Made by a program: the position numbers and the translations under genes. This document shows positions 39,001-49,700 of a DNA stretch of 64,000 nucleotides, one piece after another. Location of the stretch: assembly GCA_002269645.1 (NCBI GenBank), contig NIVC01000103.1:741393-805392 (forward strand). The letters run 5' to 3'. Within the stretch, counting starts at the first letter, position 1; every line of letters begins with the position of its first letter. The notes beneath the pieces were generated by a model. It was given only the letters and a program-made list of their open reading frames with translations. It had not been told where the DNA came from and ran no database searches. This DNA comes from Macrostomum lignano (Eukaryota).

Positions 39001-39955
39001 CTCTAGGATGGCTGTACGTCCATTCTCTCCGTTGAACTCCAGCATTGCCATCCATCTGCAAGGCCATTACCTCTAGTTTCTTATTGATGCTGTCGAGTTG
39101 AGCTTCTGTCTCCGTCCTAAGTGGCTCTACCGACTCGAAGTGGTTTGCTCGGCTTAGCAATTGCTGGGTAGTCTGGATATTTTCATCCAGTAGTTTGTTG
39201 CGGAGATAGATGCGCGAATTACTAATTGCATACCGCACGACCAACTTTTCGGCCTGTCTTCGCATTAATTCGCGATTCCCTTCCGCGCCTGGTTCAATTC
39301 CTTCTGCGTTCACCATTTTCTGAACAAGTTGACGAATATCGTTGTAAAAGTCCATGAATTTCTCGCCTTCCTTTTGCTTTCTAGCTGTTAACTGGGTCAT
39401 TGTGACAACGTCGTTAGGAGCGTAATTTCGCATTTCTTCCTTCAGTGCTTCAGCCATGTGCGCATAAGTAGCTTTCCTTTCATTCGGAATCGCTCTATAG
39501 ATCTCCATCACTTGTCGTTCAAGAAAGAATGGAAAAATTCTTAGTTTATTTGCAGCCGTTACATTGAAGACCTCAGACGCTGTATCAAAGTCGTCCAAAA
39601 ATTTGGCTACATCTCCAAAAAGTGCAAGTGGTTTGACCATCTTTTCCATTGCAGTGATCGTTGATCCGATTCCTGCTGCCATTTCGGCGTCGTCTCCTCC
39701 ACCTGCTCCTGCTTCTGGTTGTTCGTCCACTTCTGCTTCTTCTGTTTCTTCTGGTTCGGCTTCGTCTGTTTCGACTTCAACCTCTTCTTCTTCTTCTTTT
39801 TCTACCTCTATTTCTTCTGTTTCGACTTCGGCTTCGGATTCTCCTATTTCTTGATCAGCTCTTAGATTGCCTTGATTCTGATTTCTTCCTACTATGTCGT
39901 TAAATTCACTTGTGAAATCTCCAGAACCTGTTTCTGTCACTAATGTTTCCAGCAA
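36089..39955 (-). CDS. Gag - gB-like envelope glycoprotein - aspartic protease polyprotein
   Basis: Gag-like core (FLDDFD...LRIFPFFL...RKQKEGEKFMDFYNDIRQLV), RG-rich NC-like tract, internal signal WKIIFLFVFMLLSLGGVRA (~38580-38522), Cys-patterned glycosylated ectodomain with furin site RKKR (37446-37457), TM (~36665-36575), protease LIDTGA (D at 36296-36298). First in-frame ATG at 39682. Confidence 0.9.
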   Translation of the reverse strand: MLETLVTETGSGDFTSEFNDIVGRNQNQGNLRADQEIGESEAEVETEEIEVEKEEEEEVEVETDEAEPEETEEAEVDEQPEAGAGGGDDAEMAAGIGSTITAMEKMVKPLALFGDVAKFLDDFDTASEVFNVTAANKLRIFPFFLERQVMEIYRAIPNERKATYAHMAEALKEEMRNYAPNDVVTMTQLTARKQKEGEKFMDFYNDIRQLVQKMVNAEGIEPGAEGNRELMRRQAEKLVVRYAISNSRIYLRNKLLDENIQTTQQLLSRANHFESVEPLRTETEAQLDSINKKLEVMALQMDGNAGVQRREWTYSHPRDNGWQNHWQNQYRGQQNPRGWQPRGFNPQNQWNRGRGNRGQVGNPRGYWNRGSFANNQGYGRGNRGRGGRYSSRGQINRGRGTVGRGRGAGVNVVDAQNAVEGTDSAHEYEQTGGNEELQLLEFPEINVMEMKPRTAERWSWKIIFLFVFMLLSLGGVRAETELQGSASNQMTYGLVCDRSVGQQVFRFPEEITCPELNRNQNSAEHINFTIFKPNTQTFDGKMVVCHREEIRVEAKWWGTVMNIHHSIVFKVTPHEVLSENCKRWHEERKSSIGELHEVWSNDGSTLYRTDSAPKIKWISFPGAVGTNVGTVDSVMTGIKFYLRNGAMSSMKFRIEECAYRSGMCEMRMPIDKVMALPMAVMNKHPPWESMQIESAQKSDVHYWYYEGERAFTLVWQVEKNRSCELLPFATKEGFLHSTFLMSDDQTMAFQFAKRPVERTLNCSEVNITLFRAEQGVYIQLASDESDTERLRLIIAHQAHKKLSSSKTKLFRKLMKSKLKRKKMSSLESTDLKARKKRSLEFELESASMIAAEFEAVEIKELERLRKLERNTIKLACQNFKATVKNLRLSLINSPTKVMRRIIGKEEIEAVVTREFVVVYPCKNIFNITFLPQEARRDACYAQPPVQFNEKNETIKAFLNTETKIITADVHKEACKNVIPYYVSIEGDPFEVDQNGTVARMENEVHVLSFGSDFQPLTIKTTTGVYHPIADVQISDLRTPIHLADLLDLFVENNNVLLHTFGVVGEPENGTDMSWLADFSPLQLANGLFGMLFRATFGFHISFYSLFITTTCAIVWIYIILRIIKFLYVQRTGRIALSKKQEAAIQQHTDVVPNLPTENYVTVNLTGVQAPQAETTIPIPPSEKQIRKQHSIFTLGSVMKSIITLPVVTPQGRRGVHTLIDTGATLTVISKRLADALKITWNRSDIIAVGVGNSQLQFIGRGTIHLEIGGKQHMVEVQIIKEMNPSRQK

Positions 39956-40828
39956 TGAATTTCTAACACTTTCTGATGCGGCGGAGTCTTCTACCAGCGT
40001 GGAGTTTATCTCACTCTCTATTGCTTCTTCGTTTATATGATCTACTTCTGATATTTGATCAGAGCTCTTCGGGGACTTTTTCTTATTTCTTAACCAATAG
40101 CTTGCCAGGTTTTGTAATCAAAGTAGATATCGATATCTTATTTAGACAAATAATCTGTTGTTAAATTTGTGCTAAACACATATAGTCTTGAAATATAAAT
40201 TTAATAGACTGCCCTAATAATATTCCTTTTCTTTTGCTATTGTGGGACAAATATCTCATATATATATAACTCACAGCAACCTTAGGTCCTTTTGTGTGCA
40301 CGTCACTCGGTTCGGAAGTTTGAAGATTACTTGGAGCACTTTGACCGGCTATTCGGTAACGAATAATACCAGGGTGGCTAGTCCCAAGAACAGGTTGAAC
40401 AGGTAATATGTAGCCTAAAGAAAGAAAATGGTTGAATAGGTTAGTCTCGAGCTTTCCTGAGTCTTCCACGACCGAACCATGCAATGCGCTCACTAAAGGG
40501 GTGGATTTGGCTCGCGCGAAATATTGCCTTACCACCTAATTTGTGGTCACCTTGTGTGCCACTCTCTGAGGTACCTCTTTAATATAAAGTTTCTGTGGCC
40601 AAAATATTAAACAAATATTTTATTGACTGGCGCTGAAAATGTGACTTCAAAAGTCAACTGGCCACTGTCCCACTAAATTAATGACATGCATGTCCAAATT
40701 ATAAATAATTTAATAATTCAATAATAAACCTAGGTGCTGTGTCAGCTTTTGCTGAATTATGCGCCAGACATAATAATTGGGCAGCTATCAAGACTATCCT
40801 GGCAAAGTCCCTCTAAATTACCTTTTAG

Positions 40829-40839
40829 CGTGGTCGCCA
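40829..40839 (-). promoter_or_regulatory. Primer-binding site, tRNA-Arg-like
   Basis: TGGCGACCACG 2 nt inside the 5' LTR boundary; complementary to a tRNA 3' end CGUGGUCGCCA, matching tRNA-Arg(UCG) as I recall it. Confidence 0.75.
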
Positions 40840-41030
40840 AATATAAGCTTCCTAGTTGGCCGCAAACTAAGAACCTTACATATGATTAATAGTGACTCAA
40901 ACGAGGTAGAATATGCTTGGATGTTATTTACCGATCAACCATATAATTATATTTACTACTGCATTTTCAACGTTTGTATTAATAAGCAAATAAGCGAGCT
41001 ACAAGCAGGGAGAATAAGTCTGAGACACTA

Positions 41031-42340
41031 CGAGGGTCACTCAGAAAGTTCTTAGCCTGAACACGAAAACAGCAACAAATGAACTAAAAAACGACTACTA
41101 GTGCTCAAAATACTCTCCACCGGCATTGATACAGGCTTGCATCCTGTGAAACCAGCTGTCAAAGCACTGCCGCCAATCCTCATCCCGGAGCTCTTCGATG
41201 ATGTTTTTGAACTCATTCACAGCTTCTTCCGGTGAAGAAAAGACCTGACCCTTCAGAATCTCCTTGCACTTCGGAAACAGAAAAAAGTCGCACGGTGCCA
41301 GATCTGGACTATACGCAGGGTGAGTCATCAGCTGGACCCCACAGTCAGCCAGAAACTCAAGAGTTTGAGCCGCCGTGTGCTCGCTGGCGTTGTCGTGGTG
41401 CAGAAGCACCCCGCGCATTCCGCACCTTGGGCGCCTCTGGCTCACAGCAGAAAAGACTTTGGGCAGGCAAACCGTTGTGTACCAGTCAGCGGTGACTGTC
41501 TGGCGATCTTCAAGTGAAACGGAAGCCACATGCCCAGTGCGCATGAAGAAACAGGCCACCATCTGCTTGCCGACACTCCGGCTGCGTCGAAACTTGGTGG
41601 GGCTGTCCTCGTCTCCAAAGGTCCACATGGCTGACTGGCGCTTGCTTTCGGGGTCGTATTGATAAATCCAGGTCTCATCGCCCGTGAGAATGTCCCAGAT
41701 ACGCCGGCTGGTCCCAGATTCGAATTTCTGCAACATGAATCGGCACCAAGCCACCCTGGTGTCCTTCTGCACGTCCGACAGCTGATGGGGGATCCACCGG
41801 GAAGCCAGCTTCCGCACTCCAATGTGTTCGTGCAGAATGGCGTGCACACTACCCGATCCAATACCGATCTCCTGCTGGATCTGCTGGTAGGTCACTCGCC
41901 GGTCAGCGGCAATCATGCTGGACACAGCGCAGATATTTTCTGGAGTCACTGCGTCACAGGGTCTCCCGGATCGATGTTCATCTTCGAGGCTTTCTCGACC
42001 TCGGCCAAACTCAGCGAACCAGTTTTTGACGGTTGCGTATGAAGGACATACATGGGTAAAAACGTTCTGTAAAGTTTGATACGATTCGGTCGGCGACTTG
42101 CCTTGCTTGAAGTGCAAGTAAATCATTGCCCTGAAGTCGCGATTTTCCAGCTTCATTGTTGAATTGAAGAACTCAGGGGGTGAACTGACTTTAACTCGCT
42201 GCAGTGGACTCAAAAGTGGCTGCTTCTGTTTGAAATTTTTGTTGCAATACTTTTAAAAGTTGGTCTTTACCATAGACAAATTTCATGCTTCTACGTCTCG
42301 TGGATCCTACTCAGGCTAAAGACTTTCTGAGTGACCCTCG
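41031..42340 (-). mobile_element. Full-length mariner (DD34D) transposon
   Basis: 30-bp TIRs CGAGGGTCACTCAGAAAGT(TC/CT)TTAGCCTGA, TA TSD, 1310 bp. Confidence 0.97.
41098..42213 (-). CDS. Mariner transposase, intact
   Basis: WIPHQL, TGDETW, HHDNA, YSPDLAPCD; 34 residues between D2 and D3. Likely start at MKLENRDF. Confidence 0.97.
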   Translation of the reverse strand: MSPLQRVKVSSPPEFFNSTMKLENRDFRAMIYLHFKQGKSPTESYQTLQNVFTHVCPSYATVKNWFAEFGRGRESLEDEHRSGRPCDAVTPENICAVSSMIAADRRVTYQQIQQEIGIGSGSVHAILHEHIGVRKLASRWIPHQLSDVQKDTRVAWCRFMLQKFESGTSRRIWDILTGDETWIYQYDPESKRQSAMWTFGDEDSPTKFRRSRSVGKQMVACFFMRTGHVASVSLEDRQTVTADWYTTVCLPKVFSAVSQRRPRCGMRGVLLHHDNASEHTAAQTLEFLADCGVQLMTHPAYSPDLAPCDFFLFPKCKEILKGQVFSSPEEAVNEFKNIIEELRDEDWRQCFDSWFHRMQACINAGGEYFEH

Positions 42341-43030
42341 TACGGTATAACTAAGCTACTCAAATACTCCTATTAATCTATTATATATATATATAAATTA
42401 CGCCTATCTACCTGGTCTGAGACCGATACGCTAATATTCATAAATCTATAGTCATGTCAGTGCTCAGTCTTACCCTCCGGTCACAGGTGTCTGCAGAAGC
42501 GGTCGTCGTGATTTGCAAACTATTAAGCAATCCAAAAGTTAATACAAGGCGTTTAAAAGAGAGTGAAAAGAGAGTGAGAAAAGGGTAAAGTTTTTAGCAT
42601 TTAACCCCTCGCTTATTTATAGTAAATTTCCCCGATGAAGTCCCTGTGAAACTGTCTGCGTTATCATTTCCCACGTCTTCCAGCCACCGCGCAATTCCGG
42701 CCGATTCTCACGGTTCCCCTTTCTCGTGCGATTCCTGAAATGCCTCTGTTAAAAAATGTAATTGAACCCCGCCCCACATAAAGGCATACAACCCCTCTAA
42801 AGTGGAAGCAGACTTTTACGGCGGCCTGCACTCGCCCTTTGCAATGCCGTCATCAAGCACTTGTGGCTTTTTGTAAGAGTGCAGCTGTCCACAACTGCTA
42901 CACCCCACCACGCTCTGATAACAATGCAATTCCCTAATTTCCTAAATCCTAAGTCATATTCCTAATAGTTCCTACGATAGTCCCTAAATAGTCCCTAAGG
43001 CCTACATGCATATGAAATTGAATCCTTATA

Positions 43031-43955
43031 AGACTGTGTCAGTCCCAAGTGAGACTGTGTCAGTCCCAATAAGACTGTGTCAGTTCCAAGTGAGACTGTG
43101 TCAGTCCCAAGTGAGACTGTGTCAGTCCCAAGTGAGACTGTGTCAGTCCCAAGTGAGACTGTGTCAGTCCCAAGTGAGACTGTGTCAGTCCCCAGTGAGA
43201 CTGTGTCAGTTCCCAAGTGAGATTGTGTCAGTCCCAAGTGAAACTGTGTCAGTCCCCAGTGAGACTGTGTCAGTCCCAAGTGAGACTGTGTCAGTCCCAA
43301 GTCAGACTGTGTCAGTCCCAAGTCAGACTGTGTCAGTCCCAATCGAGACTGTGTCAGTCCCAAGTGAGACTGTGTCAGTCCCAAGTGAAACTGTGTCAGT
43401 CCCAAGTGAGACTGTGTCAGTCCCAAGAAGACTGTGTCAGTTCCAAGTGAGACTGTGTCAGTCCCAAGTGAGACTGTGTCAGTCCCAAGAAGACTGTGTC
43501 AGTTCCAAGTGAGACTGTGTCAGTCCCAATAAGACTGTGTCAGTCCCAAGTGAGACTGTGTCAGTCCCAATAAGACTGTGTCAGTTCCAAGTGAGACTGT
43601 GTCAGTTCCAAGTGAGACTGTGTCAGTCCCAAGTGAGACTGTGTCAGTCCCCAGTGAGACTGTGTCAGTTCCCAAGTGAGACTGTGTCAGTCCCAAGTGA
43701 AACTGTGTCAGTCCCCAGTGAGACTGTGTCAGTCCCCAGTGAGACTGTGTCAGTTCCCAAGTGAGACTGTGTCAGTCCCAAGTGAAACTGTGTCAGTCCC
43801 AAGTGAGACTGTGTCAGTCCCGAGTGAGACTGTGTCAGTCCCAAGTGAAACTGTGTCAGTGTTAAGTGAGACTGTGTCAGTCCCAAGTGAGACTGTGTCA
43901 GTCCCCAGTGAGACTGTGTCAGTTCCCAAGTGAGACTGTGTCAGTTCCCAAGTGA
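43031..43955. repeat. 21-bp satellite, right of LTR insertion
   Basis: Continuation of the 30980-34558 array. Confidence 0.97.
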
Positions 43956-44845
43956 GCAACTGTCGGCGATGAGAGTGCGAGACCGTCATAAACCTCTACG
44001 GGCTCCTATTTTATTATTGAACTCTAACTTCAGCACGAAATATTGAAAAATTTTATGAGCCTGACTTCCTGGCTGAAAGGTGGCACAGGTGCCTCTGCAG
44101 GTGTGACGGATATCCTGAGATTTGCGGGCGGGCCGCAGAAAGTGCAATTACGAATAGGCCCAGGTGCCGTAAGTGTGTGAGCGCAATTCAGAAGCGCGCA
44201 GTCACCAATGCCACCGCTTCATATCCGATGCTATTGAAGTAGGCAGTCCCTTCGACAAAAGGTTATGTTTAAGACTTTGCAATATAGGTTGGGGAGGGGG
44301 GATGGCAGGCAACAAACTTGCATTGCTTTTTTCGCTTGGGTTAGAAATATTGGGGCCGCCATTTTGTTGCGGAAGAACAGAACCGGTCGCGTGTAGCATT
44401 CAGCCTTTTTTATCTGGCGTTTCGCCTCATCTTGTGCGAGGAAACGAAATAAGAGTCTCTTCTGGGTGAAGTAGCAGTCCCCAAGTAGATATGGAAATTT
44501 AAGGCCGATTTTTTGGGAGGAAGCACGCGAGGAGAGGAAATATTGCTTCTGCAGTGCTGCTGGAGAGCTGGAATTTGTTTGTATTTTTTTGAGGGGGGGG
44601 GCGATGGAAAATGCCAGCTGCGAAACCGACACATTGACAGCTGCATACTTATAATTTACAAAATGAAGCATCTTGGAGCAAATGGCAGCTTCGCTCAAAA
44701 CGGACTCTCAGAATGCGAACTGATCTACACCATCATCAACACCAGAATAATATTTTAATGCAGTCTCCTAATTTATTAGATTAGTTTAATCAATTATAAT
44801 TAATTGCAAGCTGCTTTCCAGGTGTTCTAAAGTAGTATAATCCTG

Positions 44846-45155
44846 TCGCAATAAAACCCCAAACCCCAACAGCCCAGCCAGCCACTTCAAATCAGGCACG
44901 GCAATAAAACCCCAAACCCCAACAGCCCAGCCAGCCACTTCAAATCAGGCACGGCAATAAAACCCCAACCCCCACAGGCCAGCCAGCCACTTCAAATCAG
45001 GCACGGCAATAAAACCCCAAACCCCAGCCAGCCACTTCAAATCAGGCACGGCAATAAAACCCCAACCCCCACAGCCCAGCCAGCCACTTCAAATCAGGCA
45101 CGGCAATAAAACCCCAAACCCCAACAGTCCAGCCAGCCACTTTAAATCAGGCCTG
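44846..45155. repeat. ~53-bp minisatellite
   Basis: GCAATAAAACCCCAAACCCCAACAGCCCAGCCAGCCACTTCAAATCAGGCACG x~6. Confidence 0.9.
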
Positions 45156-46261
45156 ACAATAAAACCCATTTCAACACGTATTGTCTAAAGAATATACCAG
45201 TAAAAATGCAAAACTGTAATAACAGCACCAGACAATTCAATTCTAGTTCAGGAAATTACCCAACTTGTCAACAAATGGGCAGTACAAGCGTATATTTGGC
45301 TAAAAAATAAAATAGAAAAGCGAATGTCCCTTTTGTTTTAAAAAAAACTTTGTTAACTCGATAACAATAAATCAGATAAATAAAAGATAATGAATAGTGG
45401 TTACCAGCTACAAGGTACATTGTACCTAACACACATGCGGCCTGTGAGAGCACAGCTCAGTAACAAAATACAGATTTCATATTTTAAAGCAAGCACAAGT
45501 CAAAACAATGAACTTAAGAATGAGTTTTTTCCACAGCCAAATATAATTTTGAAAATATGATGCAAAACATATAGCACTAAACCAACAGGCAGCATATATA
45601 ACAGTTTGTACTCTGATATGGACGGATTTTCGCAATTACACGAACCTAAGGACAATAAACAGAGATATTAAAAACGCAAGTTAATGGAATGAATTCAGGT
45701 CATGAAGCACTGAAATTGTAGTAATTTTAACTAATAATAACCATAATTGGGGAGAACACTTACTGTACTACTGATCGCAGCATTTGTGAGTAGTGCAACA
45801 AGCAGCCAATGACAGCGAAGAACTACATAAAATCTGAAATTAAAAAAGACAAACCATGTTTTGTTTGAGTACATGGCTTAAACATTGTGGCAAAGTGAAT
45901 TGATATCTATTAATTGGGAATCCAGCTCTAAAAATGAATTCGGATAAACATGAAACAGACACGGTTACAAGTACTATATACTCGTAAAATGTATGCACAG
46001 CATTTAGTTACAGTACCCGCGAAAACCTAGATCACATGTTGTAGAAAATATTCATTACGGTCTACGAGTATTCTATAATCTAGCAAACAATTAAACACGT
46101 AAGCAATGTATGGTTAATATTTTAAATAAACTTCGTTGTGCAAATTAGGGAAGATTTCCGAAAATGAGTGACAGATTAAGGTAGACAAATAAATAACTAA
46201 GACAGCTAGGAGAACGCAATAGACGTGTCGGAGCACACTAGGGAGAGTGAGCAGTGAGCAT

Positions 46262-46700
46262 ACTGGTGTCTGAGTACATTAGGGAGTGCCTAAGCACACT
46301 GGGGAGTGCCTGAGCACACTAGGGAGTGTCTGAGCAGCCTGAAAAGTGCCTGAGCACACTGGAGTGTCTGAGCACACTGGAGAGTGCCTGAGCACACTGG
46401 GGAGTGCCTGAGCACACTAGGCAGTGTCTGAGCACACTGGGGAGTGCCTGAGCACACTGGGGAGTGCCGGAGCACACTGGAAAGTGCCTCAGCACACTGG
46501 GGGAGTGCCTGAGCACACTGGCGAGTGCCTGAGCACACTGGGGAGTGCCGGAGCACACTGGGTAGTATCTGAGCACACTGGGGGAGTGCCTGAGCACACT
46601 GGGGAGTGCCTGAGCACACTGGGTAGTATCTGAGCACACTGGGGAGTGCCTGAGCACACTGGCGAGTGCCTGAGCACACTGGCGTGCCTGAGCCTGAGCA
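46262..46700. repeat. 20-bp minisatellite (GAGCACACTGGGGAGTGCCT)n
   Basis: Tandem array just past the ALMS-like stop codon. Confidence 0.95.
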
Positions 46701-46717
46701 CACAAAAACAAAATTAA

Positions 46718-49700
46718 TCAGTCAATAGCCCTCCAGCCGCCATTCTGTTTGAGCACATTCCTGAGCAGCCTCTCGCCGTACACCTGCTGTCTCAGCCTGT
46801 TATTCCTCAGTCGAGCTGCCCGACGTTCGGCCTCCTCGCGCGCAACTGTCTCTGGCCAGCGTTTCACGCCGCCGCCATTGACAATCAGCACAGGCTTGCG
46901 CTTCTGCTGTTTCCGCTGCTGCTGCCCAGCAGGAGCGGCAGAATTCCTGGTTGGCGACCGCACCTTGAGCCGATATGCCCAGGTCTTGGTCGGGGGCAGC
47001 TTCGCCGAAGTCGGTCGCTGCTGCTCAGCGGCCGGCGCAGCGGCCAGCCTTGGAGAGGCGAACAGCTGGAGCCGATCGCGTTCCAGGTCCGCCACCACCT
47101 GCCGCTCCTCGGCAGCCAGCCGGACTCGCCGCTGTCTGGCCCGGCTTCGACTAACAAAATCCGACATTCGCTGGTTGAAGGCGTCCTGCAGTTGTTTGGT
47201 CGGTTGGCTGGTTGACTGCTCCTCCTGCTGCTCATCTGGACGCTCCTCATCTTCCAGTTCAATAATCCTCCGTCGGGATTCTTGAGGCTCAGGCGGAGTC
47301 GGAGTCGATTGTGATGTCGCTTTCTGCCGCTCAACAGGCAGGAACCAGGCCAGGCCTCGGGGAGCGATTTTGGCCGACCGATTGGCTCTGAGAAAAATCT
47401 GATCGATCTCGTCCGGCCGCTCATGCTGCCTTCGCCGGCCTACGCTGCTCATGCTGTGCGGCAGAGTGGGCTCATCCAGAGTCTGAGTAGCATCGGTCCG
47501 ATCTGTCGGCAGCGGAGTCACCGTGCCGCAGGACTCATCGTCCTCGTCTTCCAGATCTTCGCTGTCCTCCGCTGCCGCCGAGGCGCTGATTGTTGTCGGG
47601 TCAGCATTGGAGTTGAAGTCATGCCGGCCTCGGGTTGTTATCGTGACGGTTTTGCGCGGCTGCTGCTGCTGCTGCTGCTGACCGCCGCCGGCGAGAATCG
47701 GCTTCGGAGCTGCACCGACGCGACGTCGAACGACGCTGCCGTCGCCGACACCCGATCCGGAGCCGGAACCGGAGCCGCGCTCACACAGCAGGCGCTGTAG
47801 AATTCGAATCCGCTCCCGGCGCCTCCGCTCCGCCGCGCGCGCCTCCATCAGCTTCTCTTTCTGGCGAAGCAGCAGCGCCTGCAGGCGGAGCGTCTGCGCG
47901 TCCAGGTCGCTCACGTCCGATGTCGGCGCGTCGAAATCGGCATCATCGACATCCACATCGTCGATTTCGATCTCGTCATCCTTGTTCAAGTCGTCTCGGC
48001 GAGGCTGGCGACGATCGGCCGATGAGGAGTTGGAAGTCAGCGAGGTCGGGTCGACCCGGCCGAGAACAGCTGGCAGCGGGTCCGCCAGCAGCTGGCGAAG
48101 GCCGCGGGGTCGTCTGGCTCGCTGGAATTTCTCCCAGGCCTGCGGGCGCGAGATGTTTGACATGGAGAGTGAGGAAATACTGCAGCCAGCTCACACGGGA
48201 TGTACAGGGGCCCTGACTTTCTATGGTGGCACCCAGGCCAAGAGGCGTCTCAATGACTCTAGACGACTCTAGGAACAACGAGATGTCGCGGTACAAGTTG
48301 CTAAAGAGTCGCCTGGGTCAGTTTGACGCTTCTATAATGACTTTAGAAGCACTCGCGACTCAAACAGACTCATTACAGTTGTTTGAGTCGTTATTAATTA
48401 ATAATAATAATTGATTACACCTGCCCTAATGGCCAGATGTGCAACCGACAGCTCAGCCGCAGCTATTGCGCGGCGCATCTGAAGGCTGAGTACGAAGGAC
48501 TTGGAGAGGGGGTCGCCACACACAGCCTCAATTACCCCAGCTAATGCTGGCACCCATTTTACAGCTGGGTGAACTGAAGCAATGCAGAGTTTGAGTCTCT
48601 TGCTCAAGGACACAAATTGTTCCGAGTGAGTCAAGAATCGAACCCCCGACCTTCAAGTCGTGAGTCCGACGCTCGGACCACTAGGCTTTTGAGTCGTTAA
48701 AAAAGTCACAAGAGTCGCCCCCAGAGTCCTTAGAGTCACTAGTGAGCTGTTCGCAATGACTCTATAGCGATTCTTGCAACTGAGCTCCCACATCTGACTC
48801 ACCTGCTGCAGCTGGGCATCAGCAGACGAGCCGCCAGCAGTAGCCGCCGCCCGCGGAGTGTCGTCCAAGGAGGTGACGTCATCCTCCGTAGCTCCGCCGC
48901 CGCCTCCGCCTCCATTGCGGCCAACCCGAGACGAGCCGAAAGCTTCGCGAGGAAACCTGGGCGGCACGGCATCATTTGAGCCCGGGTGAGTGGACTCTCG
49001 GGTCTCTTCTTCTTCATCATCATCATCATCTTCAGGTACTGCAGGCTCAGCCTCCTCCTGCCGGCGCTCTCCAGCTTTATCATTTTCCTCGTCATAATAG
49101 TAGAATCCCTCAGGAGCGGTGGCTGAGCGCTGAACTCTGCCACTGCCATTTAGTCGCTGACGCAAGCCGCGATCTGCAGCCTCCGCCTCATCTAGCAGAC
49201 GCTGATACTGGGCGGTGCCCTGAGTAGCGTCACCAGACTGATGAAGCTGGTACTGCCGCCGGGCCTGGGGCCGATAATAGCGAGCATTTTCGGGATCTTC
49301 GGGATCCGGGCTGCTCAGAAATGTCGCCTCGTCGCCTCGGTAATAGCCTCTATGATGAAGCTGAGGCTGCGAATGATGCTGCTGCTGCTGTTGATGTTGA
49401 GGAGGCTGGGCAGCTGGAGGCTCAGATTGATGATGCGTCTCGTAGTAACGCTGCCGAGTTGATTCGTCAGCTACAGTGCCCCCACCGCCTCCGCCTCCAT
49501 TTCCGCCATCTCCATCCGCCCCAATATCCGCCCCGTAGTCCCATTTCAGCCTGACTGGCGAGCTGCCGCTGCCTCCGCTGCCGCCGCCGCCATTGAGAAA
49601 GCGCCGCTCGGCCAGTCGGCTTTGAATCTCGTCCAAGTCGCGTCGCAATGATTCGTAGTCGAATTCTGGCAGATCCGCAGCTGCGGCAGCTGGCGGCGGG

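Larger units (their letters stand above)
34559..43030 (-). mobile_element. Envelope-bearing LTR retroelement (Ty3/Gypsy-like, non-autonomous, no RT/IN)
   Basis: 877-bp LTRs at 34559-35435 and 40842-43030 (the latter includes a 1310-bp mariner + TA). 5-bp TSD AGACT (34554-34558, 43031-43035). PBS TGGCGACCACG next to the 5' LTR, PPT AAAAAAGGGGGAG next to the 3' LTR. Confidence 0.95.
40842..43030 (-). repeat. 5' LTR interrupted by mariner
   Basis: 40842-41030 plus 42343-43030 rebuilds the 877-bp LTR; TATA-like TATAAATA on minus strand at ~42614-42621. Confidence 0.93.

Noticed and set aside
40161-40535. 124-aa GTG-initiated ORF in the LTR element leader
   Set aside because: No recognisable motif or ATG start; likely chance, though a leader role cannot be excluded.
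44173-44758. Short ORFs and a perfect YY1-type GCCGCCATTTTG motif (44355-44366)
   Set aside because: No splice-consistent gene model; a single 12-mer is insufficient to call a promoter.
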